Counted from the first letter of the stretch, positions 13,315-26,505 are shown. The stretch: 64,000 nt of DNA from Vicugna vicugna (GCA_013265495.1 MU057555.1:1-64000), one strand, 5' to 3'. Translations and numbers: made by a program. The notes: generated by a model not told the origin, from the letters alone.

Positions 13315-14013
13315 GAGCGGTTTTCAAACAGGGACGGTTTTGCTCCCCCAGGGAACATTTGGCAATGTCCACGGGCACTTTTGGTTGTCACAACCAGGGG
13401 AGGGTGCTGTTGGCATCTAGTGAGTCAAGGCCAGTGCACAGGACATTCTCTCAATAAGGAAGCATCCGGCCCCAAATGTCACTGCAGAGCTCCCTCAACT
13501 TACAACGGGGTTATGTCCCAATAAAGTTGAAAATATTGTAAGTCAAAAATGCATTTAATGCACCTAACCTACTGAACATCATGGCTTAGCCTAGCCTACC
13601 TTAACCGTGCTCAGCACACTTGTATTAACCTACAATTGGGCAAAATCTTCTAACACAAAGCCTATTTTATAATAAAGTGCTGAAAATCCCATGTAATTTA
13701 TAGAATATTGTACTGAAAGTGCAAAACAGAGTGATTGGTTGTATGGTACAGAATGGTTATAAGTATATCAGTTGTTTACCCTCCTGCTTGCCTGTCTGAC
13801 TGGGAGCTGTGGCTCGCTGCTGCTGCCCAGAATCACAGTGGAGTATGAGTATTGTACTGCAGATCGCTAGCCCAGGAAAAGATCAAAATTTAAAATTCGA
13901 AGTATGGTTTCTGCTGAATGTGTATTGCTTCACACCACATAAATTAAAAAAATCGTTAAGTTGAATCATCGTAGGTCATGGATTGCCTGTAGTGGTGAGG
14001 TCGAGAGGCCCTG
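13315..14013 (+). mobile_element. MER20-like element (13315-13484 and 13990-14013) split by a Tigger insertion
   Basis: ccccagggaacatttggcaatgtcc...ttggttgtcacaac...ccggccccaaatgtca, resuming as tagtggtgaggtcgagaggccctg after the insert. Confidence 0.8.
13485..13989 (+). mobile_element. TcMar-Tigger non-autonomous element (MER82-like)
   Basis: Begins cagagctccctcaacttacaacggggttatgtccc, ends catcgtaggtcatggattgcctg; flanked by TG and TA (TA target). Confidence 0.7.
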
Positions 14014-15230
14014 CTTTAGAGGTGGGTAAGCAGAACTTGTATGTCTGTCCTTATGACAGCCCTCCCTTGCTAGCAAAGTTCCCCCGATCCACACCCAGCC
14101 TCCTCTCTGAATTTCTTGCAGCTCTATTTTCCATGTTTTAATTGGTTGTGTGTAGGGTTCTGGGACTAGGATACCTTTTTTTTAGGGAATCATGAGTCTT
14201 CTGAGAGAGTCTTTAACCCTTTCAAAGCTCAGGGTACCTTTGCAGTTAAGACACTGTTGAGAGTAAGCCTGGCATGCCTGGCAGCATGGCACTGATGTGG
14301 ATTTTTTGCCTATTATTGAAAAATAATAATAATGGAAGAATCATTAAACAGCGATCCCTTATTTCCTACCAGAGAGTTTCCAAGAGGCACAACTTTCCTG
14401 CTTCCCCCATCTTTCAGGCCAGCTCTTCCCACTAGACCTGAGCTGGCCACTGCAGCCTCTGGGCCATGGGGCCTTCTGAGTGTTCCAGTCCCAGGAAGAG
14501 AACTTATTTCCACAAAAGCCCATTTTACAGACGCAGCAACCAAGGCAGATCTCTGCCACCCAAAGAGATTTCGCAAATGGAACAGATAAGGGAGCTGAAT
14601 CCTATTCTGGCATGTGGAGTTTACAGAAATTTGAGTTCTAAGCTACCTGACGTCATTTATAGCAGATTGCATTTTGCACGGCATAAGTGAAATGTAATCA
14701 TGAGAGTATAGCAAACTTTCTTTTTCACCTGTGCTTAGTGCCTGTTTACTTGGCTGCAGTTTACTTGGTCCCCTCTGGCCCTGACCACATGCATAGTGTG
14801 GCCAACTGGGTCATCATTTCTGCTAGCCTGGGACGGGGCCCACAGACAATGGCCAGGATGGTGGTGCATTGGTCTGATCTGCACCGGGTAGTTGGCCAGA
14901 GCAGGAGGATCAGCTGCCCCTTGTGTGTGTCAAGCCCAACTTTTGAGTTTGGAGTTGAGATGGAGACAGCTAATGAGCCCGGATGGAAAGCAGGGCCCAC
15001 GGGTTTGCAGGCAAGGCCTGCCTGCTGTGCCAAGGGGAACTCTGTGGTGAGCAGTGCTGGCTTCGAACACAAAGGCCATTGCTCCACAGAATAGTAATCC
15101 TCAGGGTATTGCCAGCCCAAGAGATATGGGCCAGATTTCTCTCACTTAATCATGGTATCGTACTTTATAGAGTGGGCCCAGCATACAGATCTCTGGGCAT
15201 AGTTTCAAATACGTATATTTAAAAAAAATT

Positions 15231-15232
<2 letters not shown>

Positions 15233-15261
<29 letters not shown>
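15233..15261 (+). repeat. (AC)n microsatellite
   Basis: Read directly from the sequence. Confidence 0.95.
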
Positions 15262-15263
<2 letters not shown>

Positions 15264-15810
15264 CTGTTCAAGGCATGCGGCTGCTCAGGAGAATTCCTGG
15301 TCACGTGGGACAGTAACTGAGGATGATGGTCCTGAAGCCACCATCTAATATTAGATTTTGAAACTCAGAGATTCATTAATATAATTACTCAAATGCCAGC
15401 CTGGCTTGGCAAGGCTTCTTGAATTGTGTTCCTCTCTAACAAAGCACTCTGGCTGCAGGGATGCCCCTGGTGAGCCAGAGCCCCGCTGCCTGGTTTGTGG
15501 ATGGTGGTCGAAGGCATGTGTAGGCTTCTTCAGAGCACCCTCCCTGGGAGAGGCTGGGCATTCCCACAGTGCCAAGTCCTGCATTTATATGTCTTGTCAT
15601 GAGACAGGCACCTCTGGAGAGTCTTCAGCAGAAGTGAGCAGTCAGCTGGGCAAGGCCCCGTTTGAATGCAGGTTGGACCCAGGTTTGGCTGAGGGCCGGA
15701 TAATTTTGCTCCCCTGTGACACTTTGCACTTAATTTTGTAGGTTTCTCTGCTAAGCTGGAATCTTGGAACTGGGACTATGTTTTATTTGCCTTGGCATCT
15801 GGCTCTCACC

Positions 15811-15856
15811 CAGTATATAGTTTTATACAACCCCAGTATATAGTTTTATACAACCC
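15811..15856 (+). repeat. Perfect 23-bp tandem duplication (cagtatatagttttatacaaccc)x2
   Basis: Read directly from the sequence. Confidence 0.95.
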
Positions 15857-17310
15857 CATAAACCCATTTTGAATATTGAATTACCTTCAGATGGATAGCA
15901 GCTGAAGCCCATCCCATCCTTGAGACAATGCAAAGGCAAGAAATGGCATAAAAATAAGAAATGGGGCTGATGAAGAAAAGGAATGAGGCAGAGGAGAGTG
16001 GCTGGTGTGCTTTCTGAGTGGGCATCAGGAGGAGAAAATACTGACAGATGAGGAGTGATGGAAGCCTCTGGAAGGCTGGAAGGAACATGGCAGGCAAGTG
16101 GGAAGCTGTGGGTTAATGGGTTGAAAGGGACTTGGTTTCTCAAAATATTTTTTCCCTTTTGGGGAATGGGAATGAGGTGTCAAAAAAATAAGGAAAAGAG
16201 TAACCCTCTCCCTGGCCCTCTTCTCCACTCCTCTAACTAGGGGCCACTGCTGGGTGGGTCATAGGCTCCAGCTTAGCCCTCCCCTCCCTGCCCCAGGCCT
16301 TCCCTCTGACTAGTCCTGCTTGAAAGAAGGGGCGCGGCCCTCTTCTGGCCTGACAGCATATGCCACTACCCCCAACCCATCACCCCGAGCCCCTAGCCCA
16401 CCTGGGACAGGAACTCTTCCCATGCCAGATCCTCTCCACCCCACCAGCCTATCAGATGCCCTGCAGCCCAGGTTGGCAGGGAGTAGCCCCAGGGCATGGA
16501 GATTGTTTGCATTTTGCTCAGGGGCTCCCCCTCTCCCCACTCCCCTTTCCCCAGATGCCCTCGCCTCCAGGCTCTTCATTTGGCTGTGGATGCAGACGCA
16601 GTGTGGCTGGCTCTTCCTGCCCTCTTTCTCCCAGGCCTCCTGGGTTGAAGATGGCTGCTGTTCCCCAGCTGGTACATGTGCTCCCAGCTCTGGCAGCTAG
16701 ATTTGATTCTTAACAATGAATTATTAAAGGAACATAAACAGTGCATTTCTCATATACTTGGACACACACAGCCACTTCTCTGAGCCGACTCTAAAGCTGA
16801 TTCTGCCGCTGCTGCCCCTTCACTTGTCTCAGACTTTAGAGTAGGTATCATTATTTTTTGAGTGAATTCCCAGCTCTCCCCTCTCCACCTTAAGAATCTC
16901 CAGTCAGCCACTTCCTCACTGGTCCTAAACTTCCTTCCTCAGCCCCAAGTGCTTGTCCTTGACTTTCTTGGAGACCCACTTTCCCTTCCAAAGTCCTCCT
17001 TGTTAGTGGAAGAGCTTGTGTTCCAATAGTCTTGGGAGTGTGGCAAGCTGCAGCATGAACGTGGTTTGGGGGTGTCACCCTCCTTCCTGCTCTGTGTCCT
17101 TTGGCCTGGAATCTGCTTGAGCATGAAAGTTCCTGAGGCTGAGGCCTGCCTGGCTCAAGTGAACATGAGTGCGGCTGGACCCGCAGGGCTGTGGTTTGCC
17201 ATCACCTCATCATGCTCTTCTACGATTTGGGGAGAGAGTCATGTATGTATAGTCTCTCATCCATATACTGTTTTAAAAATGATATTTTTCTAACTAAGAC
17301 TAGTGCAGAT

Positions 17311-17473
17311 TCAGTGGGGAAGGGTATAGCTCAAATGGAGATCACATGCCTAGCATGCATGATGTCCTAGGTTCAATTCCCAGTACCTCCATTAAAAAAC
17401 AAACTAATAATAAATAAATATATAGATCTAATGACCTCCCCCCACAAAAAATATTTTTAAAAATTAAAAAAAA
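17311..17473 (+). mobile_element. tRNA-Ala-derived SINE (camelid Vic-1-like)
   Basis: ggggaagggtatagctcaaatgg...ggttcaattcccagtacctcc (A and B boxes), A-rich tail; 15-bp TSD aagactagtg(c/t)agat at 17296-17310 and 17474-17488. Confidence 0.9.
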
Positions 17474-17707
17474 AAGACTAGTGTAGATGCATCATAAAAA
17501 TACCAAATAAACACAAAGTCTAGAGGGGTAAATAAAAATTATCAAAATTCTACCACTTAAATAAGCACTAATAACCTTTTGTTGCATTTTTTATACCTAT
17601 TCATGCACATATTTTATTTTTTAAAAATTGGAGTTTAGTATAAACACTTTTGGAGGCTACTTATAAAATTTAATGCCATTGTGTATTCCACCATGTCACA
17701 GTTTTTC

Positions 17708-17860
17708 TTTTTTTTTTAATTTAATTTAATTAATTTTTTTTGATGGAGGTGGTAATTGGGTTTATTTATTTATTTATTTTTAGAGGAGGTGCTGGGGATT
17801 GAGCCCAGGATCTATGCATGCTGAGCATGTGCTCTACTGCTTGAGCTATACCCTTCCCTC
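17708..17860 (-). mobile_element. tRNA-Ala-derived SINE (camelid Vic-1-like), minus strand
   Basis: Reverse complement reads gggaagggtatagctcaagcagtagagcacatgctcagcatgcatagatcctgggctcaatccccagcacctcc; perfect 14-bp TSD tgtcacagtttttc at 17694-17707 and 17861-17874. Confidence 0.92.
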
Positions 17861-18901
17861 TGTCACAGTTTTTCAAAAACTATTTTGTGGTGGTTTAGCA
17901 TCATTAGCTGCATTGTTCCTAATTCTCAACATTTCTAATGACTTCTATCCCTTTTTCATTTTGGAAACATATTACTTTTTATTATGAATGTTGTATATGC
18001 TTATTTAAAAAAATACAAACATGCTTTTTGAATGGCTCATGACGCTTCGGTATTGCAGAATTGATGCAGGCCTTTAAGCTGCTGGGATGGACATCCTGAT
18101 TTATTAAGCTTTGTAGCTGTTTATGAACTTCAGAGAAGGCTTCCTAGCAATTGAATTACCAAGCGAAGGGTATACACTCTTACAAAGACTTGTCACATAT
18201 ATTGTTAAATTCCTGTCTGGAGATTTGATGCTCATAGATGGCACGTGAGGGTCCATCTCACCACTTCCCTAGCTATACCCTGTTCGTATTACCCATAACC
18301 CAATAAAGACACAACCATCATTCACTCACATCATGCACGTATCATGTACGTATCACATCAGGATGTGCTTTTTATGAGCCCACACTCCCATCCCTGTCAT
18401 AGGTGTGTGTTGCATCAGCTCACTTGTTCCCTGATGGATGTGTGCTATTGTCCAGTGAAAGAGCTAATGTTGGACATTACCCTACACACTCACATCCTTT
18501 GACCTGTGTTCTTTTGTGTGTCTGAGGTCCCCTCTCCTGGGCCTCTCTCTGTTAGCACTGCTAGAAGGGGAGGATTCCTGGGGGCCTCAGGCATGGCAGT
18601 GTCTGTTCTCTTCACCAGGAGCTGGCAGGGGAGCCTGGGGACTGCCGAGTAGTGAGCAGGTGCTGGCCATGGCGTCTTAATGGCAGCAGCCCCCGAGCAC
18701 CACCACCAAAGTGCAAGCCCTTGGTGGCTGCCAGCACTTGCCCCAAGAGTTCCTGAGGAAGCAGCTGTTGCTGATCCCTGAGGCCAGACCCACCGTCTGC
18801 CACCAGGACCTTGGGCCTGCCTGGTGAAGTGCGTGCCCTCCTATGACTGGAGGGGAAGCCAAAGGAGGGTGAGCTTTGCCCTCCTGACTGCAGACTCTGC
18901 C

Positions 18902-18903
<2 letters not shown>

Positions 18904-18940
<37 letters not shown>
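18904..18940 (+). repeat. (CA)n microsatellite
   Basis: Read directly from the sequence. Confidence 0.95.
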
Positions 18941-18943
<3 letters not shown>

Positions 18944-20372
18944 GTGCCCCAGAGATGGCATCCCCCAGGGCCACACAGTCTGGGACACACAGCTCCTTGT
19001 GCCCTGCCCCAGGGCCAGGGCTATCTCCTCCCCCAAAGTCCCTAGGCACATGTGTGTGAGCATTCTGTCATTGGGCTGTGTCCCCACTGGCTCTAGCCAC
19101 ACGCCCTCACATCTGTTGTATACACACGTGTATTCATTCACTTCGAACCCAGACCTTACATCACTTTCTACATCTCTTTGGCCCATCAAAGCTGCAGCGT
19201 CTCGGCCTCTTGGCACCCCTTGACCCCTCCCTTCTATTTGATGCTCCATCTTGCCCAGAACTTGACTATCCTTAGGCCCTGTGAGGTAGGAGCTGCCCTG
19301 TGACTCCTGAGGCCTGGTGAGAAGCCTGTGAGGTGCAACGGTGGATGAGGGTTGTGCGGGACTGCTCCTCTTCTTGTGGCAGCAGTGCCAGGCATCCAGT
19401 GCCTAGAGGGCTTGTGGCCATACCATCATGAGTGGGACTCCTCTGTTTATGAAGCTTGGTTCATTCTTTTCCTCTGCTGGTGTTCAGCATGTGTTACCCT
19501 GTGAGTGTCTGTGCGTGTGTGTCTGCGTGTCAGGAGGTGGGTGTCTGTGTACTAGTGTGGGTTGGGGTGTGTGTGTAAATGTCAGTGTGAGTCACACCCT
19601 GAGGACGTAAGAGGAAACTTTGAGGGTCATGAGGTTCAAACTCTTGTTCCCACAAGGACACAGAAACCTAGACGGAGTGTAGTTACTTGCCCCCTGTCAC
19701 CCAGTGCGCACCCAGGTCACCCAGGGGCATAGACAGCCCAGGCTCCAGGCCCTGAGCCCCTTGGACCTGGAGTGAGTGTTTGAGTCAGCGGTGTGCATAC
19801 TTGCTGCAGAGTGTCAGGCCCTTCCACCCGCGCAGCAGCTGAGCAGCTCCTATGTGGGGCTCTTTGTGAACCTGCCTCGCTATTAATCTACCTGTTAGTA
19901 TAAGAGATTACAATTACTGTAATTACAGGGCACTGCGGCTCCACCGTCAGGAGAAGGGCTGTGTGAGAGGCGAAGGGTGGGGGAGCCTAGCCCCATAGGA
20001 AGCTGCTATTAAAAGCCTTGTGTTTTTACATGGTGCAGGGATAACAGCCCTTCCCGGGGGGCTGGGCAGGCCCTGGGGGGTGGGCTAGGGTCCCACTAAG
20101 GCTCTGGCATGACACAAGGCCATTGGGACTGAGGACAGGGAACGCAGAGGAGGCTGCCATGCGCCCTGACCTCCCAGGCCCCATACTGAAAGGATGGACC
20201 TTTCCAGGCACAGAATCGAAGAGACATGGTGACATTTACGGTGCAACGGTAGTTCTCTTCTTAGGAGGCTCGGCAGCCACCAGCTCCCGTTGATTCGTGT
20301 GGACAAACAAGAGGCCGGGCTGTGCTGGCACGGGCCTGGGGCTGTGTGTGATGTGATCCTAGAAGAGGAGGC

Positions 20373-20598
20373 CAGTGATCGTAAAGCACAGTGTGGGGGA
20401 TTCTGCCCCCAGGGGACCTCTGGGGATGTCTGGAGACATTCTTGGTTGTTACTATTCAGGGGTTATGGGGGTGGTCACTACCGGCATTTAGTGGGTAAAG
20501 GCCAGGGATGTTGCTAACTGTCCTACAGTGAACAGGATGGCCCCACAGCAGAAAATGATCCTGCCCCAATGTCAGGGGTGTCCCAGTGGGGAACCCAG
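20373..20598 (+). mobile_element. MER20-like element
   Basis: ctgcccccaggggacc...gtctggagacattcttggttg...ggcatttagtgggtaaaggccagggatgttgctaac. Confidence 0.8.
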
Positions 20599-23489
20599 AC
20601 TGTGGCAGAAGAAAGGGATGGCAATGGGCAAGTCAGGACAAAGGAGGTCCCCGAGGACTCCCTGGTGCTACATCTGGAGCTATTAGCCCAGGTTGCTCAG
20701 CAGGCCTGTCACTGGGGAGGTAGGAGAGAGCAGGTACCCCAGGCCAACAACCCCAGTGTGTTGATCCCACGGTGGATGTCAGAGGACTAGAGGCCACGGA
20801 CACTCTTGTCCATTCCCCTCCCTTTTCTGGCAGGTCTTTTCCTCCTCCAGCAGCAAGAACTGGATCCAGATTGGGACCAGATTGGGACTTGCCCTTGCTC
20901 CCCCCTTCTGTGTCCTCATTGCCCACAAAGACACCTGTGAGTGAGGGGCTCAAACCCTCTCCCTCAGCTTGAGCCTCACAGACCTCTCTGTGGGGGGAGT
21001 CAGGAAGAAGGTGTGCAGGAATGGGAAGGGGTTGTACTGTCCTGTAAGGACACCGGCCACACCCTGGCTTCTCCAGAATGCACATCTGGCTCGGCTTCCT
21101 CTCTGGGGCATGGAGCAGAGCAGGATGGGGGTAAACCAGAGCTCTTTTCTGTGTAGGCACGGGAAGCCTTCCTCCACCATTTATTCCTGTCTACAGAAGG
21201 GGCACTACCGCCGCCTCCTTTCCACTTTTGTTTCCAACTTGGGCCCCTTCCAAGGAGCCCCTTGGAAGAGAAGGCAGTATGGCCGACTAGGAGGCATAGT
21301 AAGGAGTGTCTTGCAGGGCTGGGCAAGGTGGGTGTGGGCTCTTGGTCCTATATTTTAGGATATGTGCACTGCTTGCGAGCACGCTGTGTGCAGGCTGGCT
21401 CTGATGCCTTCCCAGCCCTTAGGCTGCTGTGTCTCTTTTTTCCGCAGACAAAGCACAGAGATTTGGGGCTGTTGTGAATTCTGTTGTTTCACACGAAGTC
21501 CCTAATAGTGGAGTCGCTTTGCCTTTCCCCCCCTTTTTTTGCCTTGACAGTTCCAACCTTATAATTTTACCTTCTCCCGCCCTGCGTGTTTCTTTTTTTC
21601 CCCTCTCCCCTTCCTGGGGTTTTTGCTGCTCATCGCTGGGAGCCCCCTTTAGGAGGGATCGCTCCTGACAAGAGGGGAGGGGCTTCCTGTCAAACATTAG
21701 GGGTTGATGTTTTGTTTGGTAAAATGTCTGTAAATAGACTGTGAGGCAGTGATTCTACACGGATCCCTGTGCACGGGAGCGCCTTTTTGTGTCTGTGCAC
21801 ATCTCTGTGTGTGAATGTAAGGAGCAGAGAGAAAGGGAAGAGAAGGAGAGTAAGAAGGGAGGAGACAGGAGAGGGATGGTTTCTAGGGGCCCTGGGATGG
21901 TTCTCTCCCTCTGGGGACATTGTCTTGGTCTAAATCACCAGCCCTTATCCGAAAGGGCCCAAGACCTAGACCCTTTAGGGACCAAGGAGAACGTCGGAGA
22001 AGAAGCCACTGTGTACCACGGTGGCTCGGGGCTGGCTGTTCAGAGGGCTGGGATGGGACAGTGGGCTCATCCTTCCCTCTAAGACCATGAGTCTGGAACC
22101 TGACCTTGAAGTGCAGGTATCCAGAACTCTGAGGCCTGAGTGGTGGGTCATGGAGGGAACTATTCCCAGATCGACCGATCACTTTAGATTCTTAGGAGCA
22201 ATGTCAGTCTTCCACGCATGAATGGGTGCCCATTTTCCCTTGGATGTGAGGCTGTCTCTTAGGCAGTCTGCAAGGCCACTCCTGTTCTTTTTCATTTTTT
22301 TAAAGTAAAACTTCTTGTTGCCTTATATCATCTTCCCTTTTTAAGCTTCAGGTGGCTTACCTATCCCAGAATTTGACCTACAGCAAACTCACTAAAAACT
22401 CTCATTTACTTGACTTTATAAACTCAACCACATCATTTTCCCCCCACCATCAACCTTCCAGACCACAGAATCCTCTGCATTTCAGCTACTCCTCAGCTGA
22501 CACCCTCCCTGAATCCATTTTGAGTTGCTCTTCTCCAGTCCCGTTAGAAAATGTCGGCTCTGACTGCACCATGCTCGCGAACAAAGGTGCAGAACGATTT
22601 TGGCTGCTTCGTCCAGGAAATAAATTCCTCTCTGGTGCCAGAAACCATTGAGTGGTGCCATGTGTTGAGCTCCAGGGCCCAGCAACGTGGGCAGGGCTGT
22701 CGCTCAGGGTGAAAAGGGTGGAAGCATGGGATCAGGAGGCCCTGGGGATGAGAGCCTTGCTTCCCGCACATCCCACATGACTTGGTCCAGGACCCGAGAA
22801 CTTGCCACTTGGCCTCCTCTCCCAGGCCTGGCTTTCCATCTGCAATTGCCTATGGTCTGGTTGCTCACCAGACACACAGAAGATAGGCCCCTCTCTCTGC
22901 CCTGAGGCATCCTGGCCCCTTTCTTTCCATACACCTTGCCCAGGTCCTCTTCCTCCATCTGCCCTGTAAGTGTTGGGTCTGCTCGTTCTCCTCTTCCTGC
23001 ACTCTCACCTGTAATTGTTGATGCTAGTTGTCTGCATCACTGAGCCCCATCTCACTTAAGCCCGTGACAGTCCGATATACTAGGTGTTGTTATATTCTTG
23101 AGTTATTCCTGGAAGCCCAATGTATAGAAGAACCTTGCTGCAGGCCACGCACTGGGGAGTGGCAGCCTGGGGCCTGTCCCCAGTGTGCATATCTGCCCCT
23201 CACTGCTCATCCCCCTGGCTTATCTCAGGTCTAATTTCTCCAAACTCTTCTTTCAGCTCCTGAACCGACATCCAGTTGACACCCCATTCCATGTTTCTAA
23301 GTGACCTCACCGTACTCCCAGCTTCCCTCTTTTCTTTCTATTCCATGCCTTGTCTTGGTTGGGAGTATCACCAGCTACCTAAGCTTGTGAGCCCTCACAA
23401 CCAACCTATTGTGGCCCTGTGGTGGCTCCATAGTTTCCCCTGCTTCTTTCCCACTGTCATGCTCCGAATTCAGCATCTTCTGTCTTCTG

Positions 23490-24070
23490 GATTTGTTCTT
23501 TATTGGGTTATAACTTATACAATAAAATTCACTATTTTAAAGTGTACTAGTCAGTGGCATTTAGTGCATTCATAATGGTGTGCAACCATTGCCAACTGTC
23601 TAATTCCAGAACAGTTCCACGGCCTCCCCCCCACAGAAAACCCCCATACCCATTAGCAATTTGTTCCAATTCCTCCTTCCTCCCAACTTCTGGAAACTAC
23701 TAGTCTGCTTTATGTATCTTTGGATTTGCCTGTTCTGGACATTTTATATCAATGGAATCACATACTATGTGGCCTTCTGTGATTGGCTTCTTTCACTGAG
23801 CATAATGCTTTCAATATTTATCCATATTGTAGCATATATCAGAGCATTTCTTTTCATAGCTGAATAATATTCCACCGTGTAGATATACCTCATTTTGCTT
23901 ATCCATCTGTTCTTCTGTTGATGGGCTTGTGGATTATTTCCACTTTTTGGCGACTGTGAATAGTGCTGACGTGCACAATTGTGTACCAGTATTTATGTGG
24001 ACATATGTTTTTGATTCTCTTGCATATATACCTGGTAGAGGAATTGCTGTGTCCTGTAATTTTGTAACCA
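23490..24070 (-). mobile_element. L1 (L1M-type) 3' end fragment
   Basis: ataaaattcactattttaaagtgtac...gtgcaaccattgcc...ggacattttatatcaatggaatcacatactatgtggcc...gctgaataatattcca...ttccactttttggcgactgtgaatagtgctg. Confidence 0.85.
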
Positions 24071-25927
24071 TCTTCAAATGGGTAACTGGTCACATTGTCT
24101 CCCAGAGGTGCCATCTTCTTAGATAGGCACCCAGGGTCTCTGACAGTCAGGCCTTTACTGACCACTCCAGCATCATCTCTTATCTCTCCCCCTGGCACTG
24201 TGTCTTCCAGCAAACAGGGCTCTCTACAGGCCCTGTGTTTTGTTGTGCTGTTCCTCCCCTCTGGGCTTTTCTGGTTGTGTTTCTCTGTCTGCCTTTCTCT
24301 TTTCCCCTTTGTCCAAACGCCTCTATCTTTCACACCCCAATCCCAGCTGTCACCCTGCTTAGTGTAGCCTTTTCCCGCATCACTTCTCACCCCCAGACCT
24401 TCTCTTTCCTTGTGGGGCAGGGCAGTGGGGGCTGCATTTTATCCATTATGCACCCAGCTTCCAACCGCGGGGGTAGCTGTCCAAGGCAGCTTCTCTGGTT
24501 CTGTATTCGAAGGAATCTAGCAGGTAATAGGTGCTTAACAAACTTGTTAAATTAAGGCACTGTATTGCTTTTCCTGTGTGTCATGGATCTGTGTGTGACC
24601 CACCTCAGTGCCCTTGCTGATGTACAAATGAACATACACTCACAGTGTGTCTCTCATCACCCTCTGGGCCCTGGGGTGTCAGTGTATTCCCATCTGCTCC
24701 TCCATGGCCCCATGTTGTCCTCCCTCCCATCTAGATCAGACCCACTGGAGGTGGCCCCAGAGTGGCCTCCAGGGCCTAGTGTTGCTGGCAATGAGTATAG
24801 GCTGGACTCGAGCACGCTGTGTACCTCTGGGGCCTTCCTGAGGCCAGGGCAGGGGGTGAGCAGAGGAGCTGGGAAGCAGCTGCCCTGGGCTTGGGTGGGT
24901 GCCTTGGATCTGAGATCCTGGATCCTGTCACAGAAGGTGGGGCAGAGGCGGTCGTGTTTGAGACACTGCCCGGCCCCCACACCAGCCCTGCTCAAGCTCC
25001 AAATGAGTCACCCAGCTCAGGCTCCGCCAGGTGGTCCAGGGTGGGCGGGTGTCTCAGGTGGGTGCTGCAGGCCCAGGGAGGAGCAGGGGTGCCCTCACTC
25101 AGAAGATAGAGGAGGGGAGAGGAATGCTGTCTGCACCTGAGGGGGTCCGCACCAGTCTGCAGTCAGGTGAGGCCACTCTTCCACTCTTGTCTTCCCCTCT
25201 CACTGGATCCTCCACGTCCTTCCCTGGCTAGGGGTCCAGCTCTGGTCAGCCAGCAGTGCATCTCTCCTATACTAGGATGAGCGAGCCTGATTTTCTCCAA
25301 GCCCCAAGTGCAGGTAGGTTCCCCAGACAAGCTAGAAGCCCAGCGGCCCCTCTCCTGGAGACTGCTGCCTTCCTAGGCACAGCCCAGCGCTCCTCCCCCT
25401 CCTCCCTCCTCAGCCCTCTCCTCTCCCTGGGCCTCTTCCCCACGTGGCTCATTACAACTCCAGTTGTTCAGGTCTTGACCTCAAGAGCCTTCCCTATTGA
25501 CCCCTGACCAGCGATACTAATCTGTGTCAACAGGCCCCAGGGGTTAAAGAAACACAACCCGCCGCTGCTGCCGCCTTAGCAGGTGCCTGGAGGGGGCGGG
25601 GTGGCTCCTGGGAGCTCTCGCCGCGGTGGGAAGGAGCTTCTGCAGCACCACTCCCTCGCCGCTCCCTCCCCACTGTGCCTGCCCTCCTGCTCCCCCTTTC
25701 CTGCTCTTCCTCTGCATACCCCCTGCTGCCCACTGTCCCTTCCTCTGTACCACCATTTCCCTTCTGTCTGTCTTTCCTTTGCTCTCCATCTGGCTTTAGA
25801 ATTTGGGACCCAATGCCCCCTTGCATCCAGGTGGTGCTGCCTCTGCGCCCTATCCTCCCCCATCTGCACTTCCTTTTTCTCTCTCCCCCTTCCATTTGCA
25901 ATCCCGGTCAGCATCCTCCCCCTCAGG

Positions 25928-26050
25928 CAGTGATTCTCATGCAGAGTCCCCTGGAGGGCCTGTTAACAACACGGATTCCTAGACCTGCCCCAGAGAGCAT
26001 CTGCATTTCCAACTAGTTCCGAGGTGCTACTGGTCCTCCAGGCTGCACCC
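25928..26050 (+). mobile_element. MER5A-like fragment
   Basis: cagtgattctca...cctggagggcctgttaa...atctgcatttccaactagttccgaggtg. Confidence 0.55.
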
Positions 26051-26454
26051 CTCAACCTGGAGGCTGAGGAGGCACACTGTTGGCCACCTGGGCAGGGAGT
26101 TCAAATGGCAGCTGTCCTAGTGGGGCATGAACCCCCTTGAATGATCATTCTATTCTGAGCACAGGAGTGGGTCAGCTGAAGATGGCCTGGTGACAACACA
26201 GGGGCTGCCAGGAGGGGCTCATGGTGTATCTCTGGGGTCATGAAAGGTAACTTCCTGCCTCCCCTGGCCCTGACTTAGACAAGATGGTCCAGGTCCTCTT
26301 AGAGAAACAGTCGTGTATTACACATGTCCTCCTTCTTGGGATGAACCTAGATTTCTGCTTATAACATGCCCTCAACCCTATCCACGGAGTGGTCCACAGA
26401 CCATCTCAGCCCTGCCTTGGCTGCTCTGTGCTGCTGGGGGCAGCCCCTACCCCC

Positions 26455-26470
26455 GCGCGTGTGTGCGCAT

Positions 26471-26502
<32 letters not shown>
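26455..26502 (+). repeat. Alternating purine-pyrimidine tract ending in (CA)n
   Basis: gcgcgtgtgtgcgcatgcacacac... Confidence 0.9.

Positions 26503-26505
<3 letters not shown>

Noticed and set aside
17311..17390. tRNA-Ala gene
   Set aside because: Diverged stems, an A-rich tail and TSDs show a SINE; the same applies to the copies at 17708 and 52086.
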